Below, piece after piece: positions 62,899 through 64,000 of a stretch of 64,000 nucleotides of DNA. The stretch is from Octopus vulgaris (lineage: Eukaryota). The translations under genes and the position numbers were made by a program. The DNA is taken from the NCBI GenBank assembly GCA_951406725.2, contig OX597834.1:8618001-8682000 (forward strand), in the 5' to 3' direction. Each line of letters begins with the position of its first letter. Position 1 is the first letter of the stretch. Below the pieces are notes generated by a model that saw only the letters and a program-made list of their open reading frames with translations, had not been told where the DNA came from and made no database searches.

Positions 62899-63092
62899 TT
62901 AATCCAAACATGAAAAGACAAAGAGAAAACACAACAACGCGAGGACGTGGAACAAATATAGTTTTATTGGACGCTCAGGAAGGAAGGGAAAAAGGAGGGT
63001 TTTACGTTTAGAGCGGAGCTCTTCATCAGAAACATAGGAAAAGGAAAAATCGAAGAAGGGAAGACGGAAGAAAAAAATCGCCAACGGTCACA
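62899..63092 (-). mobile_element. Penelope-like terminal repeat fragment with a degenerate minimal hammerhead ribozyme
   Basis: Minus strand: GTTT-CTGATGA-A-GAGC-TCC-GCTC-TAAAC-GTA-AAAC, followed by AATAAA; matches the Penelope minimal type I hammerhead layout except for G12. Confidence 0.6.
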
Positions 63093-63329
63093 TTTTGAAT
63101 ATATATATATATATATTTGTGTGTGTATGTATGTATGTGCGTGTGTGTGTGTGTTCGCGTACGCGTACGTGCGCGCGTGTGTGTAATTATGTATATGTAT
63201 ATATGTATGTATATGTACGGTGCATCAATATTTTGACGACAACTCTTTCAGGAGCTCTTACTGCCTTGGAAAGTTTTTGTAACTCTACTTTTCATGTAAA
63301 TAACGTCAGGCATCATCAGATTGTGTCAG

Positions 63330-63930
63330 CAAATGCAAAACCACACCGGAATCGTTGTGATACAGAGATAGTGCTCTTCTAAACATTGTGATACAGAGAC
63401 AGCTCGCTTCAAGAAAGCTGCCCTCTCTTTTGTTATCAAAAAATCTGCTGTTGGAGGTTCAGCATCAGTAGCTGAACGTAAAACTAATGTAACGAGTGAG
63501 ATCCACTATCAGACAAAATTGATTTGTTCAAGATTCTCAAGAAACAAGCGATAAAATCCACTGTAAATCAATCAAAGCCATGCGAAGAACCTCAGGTTTT
63601 GAGAATGCACCATCAGAAGAATTGTGCATGAGGGCATTAAATACAAGTCCTATGTGATGGCGGCGGGTCGTTTCATTTATGTGACAAGCAAGGATCTTTC
63701 GATCTTTTCAAAGCTAAACAAGTTAAAACACAAGGATGGTTTTCCCAGATGAAAAAAATTTCAATCAGGACCAAAAAGTAAACTGAAGGAATGGCAGGTG
63801 GCTATGCATAGTAAGTTCCCCAGCAACTATTGTGATCCTGAGAGTCGTCTGCAACAAGGGAAATGTCATGCACCCTCCCGTTTTCTCAAGGTTTAAGAGT
63901 CAATGTCCCTGTCTACTCAGTAATTTATAT
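63330..63930 (+). pseudogene. Decayed Tc1/mariner-superfamily transposase, maT/DD37D-like
   Basis: ECTIRRIVHEGIKYKSYVM...VFPDEKNFNQDQKVN*RNGRWLC...KFPATIVILRVVCNKGNVMHPP..QGLRVN, with stops and frameshifts; the 5' boundary is approximate. Confidence 0.8.
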
Positions 63931-64000
63931 TCAGTCTTACTTGTGTTGATGTCCAGAATAAAAGTCGATAAAATGGGAAAATTACGAATCGTTCTGCAAA

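Overview
AT-rich, non-coding eukaryotic DNA. The repeat families point to an octopus (coleoid cephalopod) genome; this is an inference from SINE families I recognise, not a database result. No host protein-coding gene is recognisable, and nearly all listed ORFs are artefacts of microsatellites or SINEs. The window contains: (i) many long compound microsatellites; (ii) about 35 copies or fragments of four tRNA-derived SINE families (labelled A-D here); (iii) three decayed Tc1/mariner-superfamily transposase relics, one a full-length mariner with TIRs and TA duplications; (iv) two non-autonomous Helitrons; (v) several foldback elements/MITEs, one Merlin-like with internal telomeric repeats; (vi) an RTE-like LINE fragment; and (vii) a Penelope-type repeat with a degenerate hammerhead ribozyme. 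The most unusual structure is family B, a Meta-domain SINE found as 'one head + 1-7 tandem ~180-bp bodies' inside a single target-site duplication (TSD). It has a fixed junction at a hairpin loop, array-private variants and recurrent GGTAT microhomology at its 3' insertion points. A SINE-free zone with CpG-rich islands at about 21.5-30.1 kb may be regulatory.
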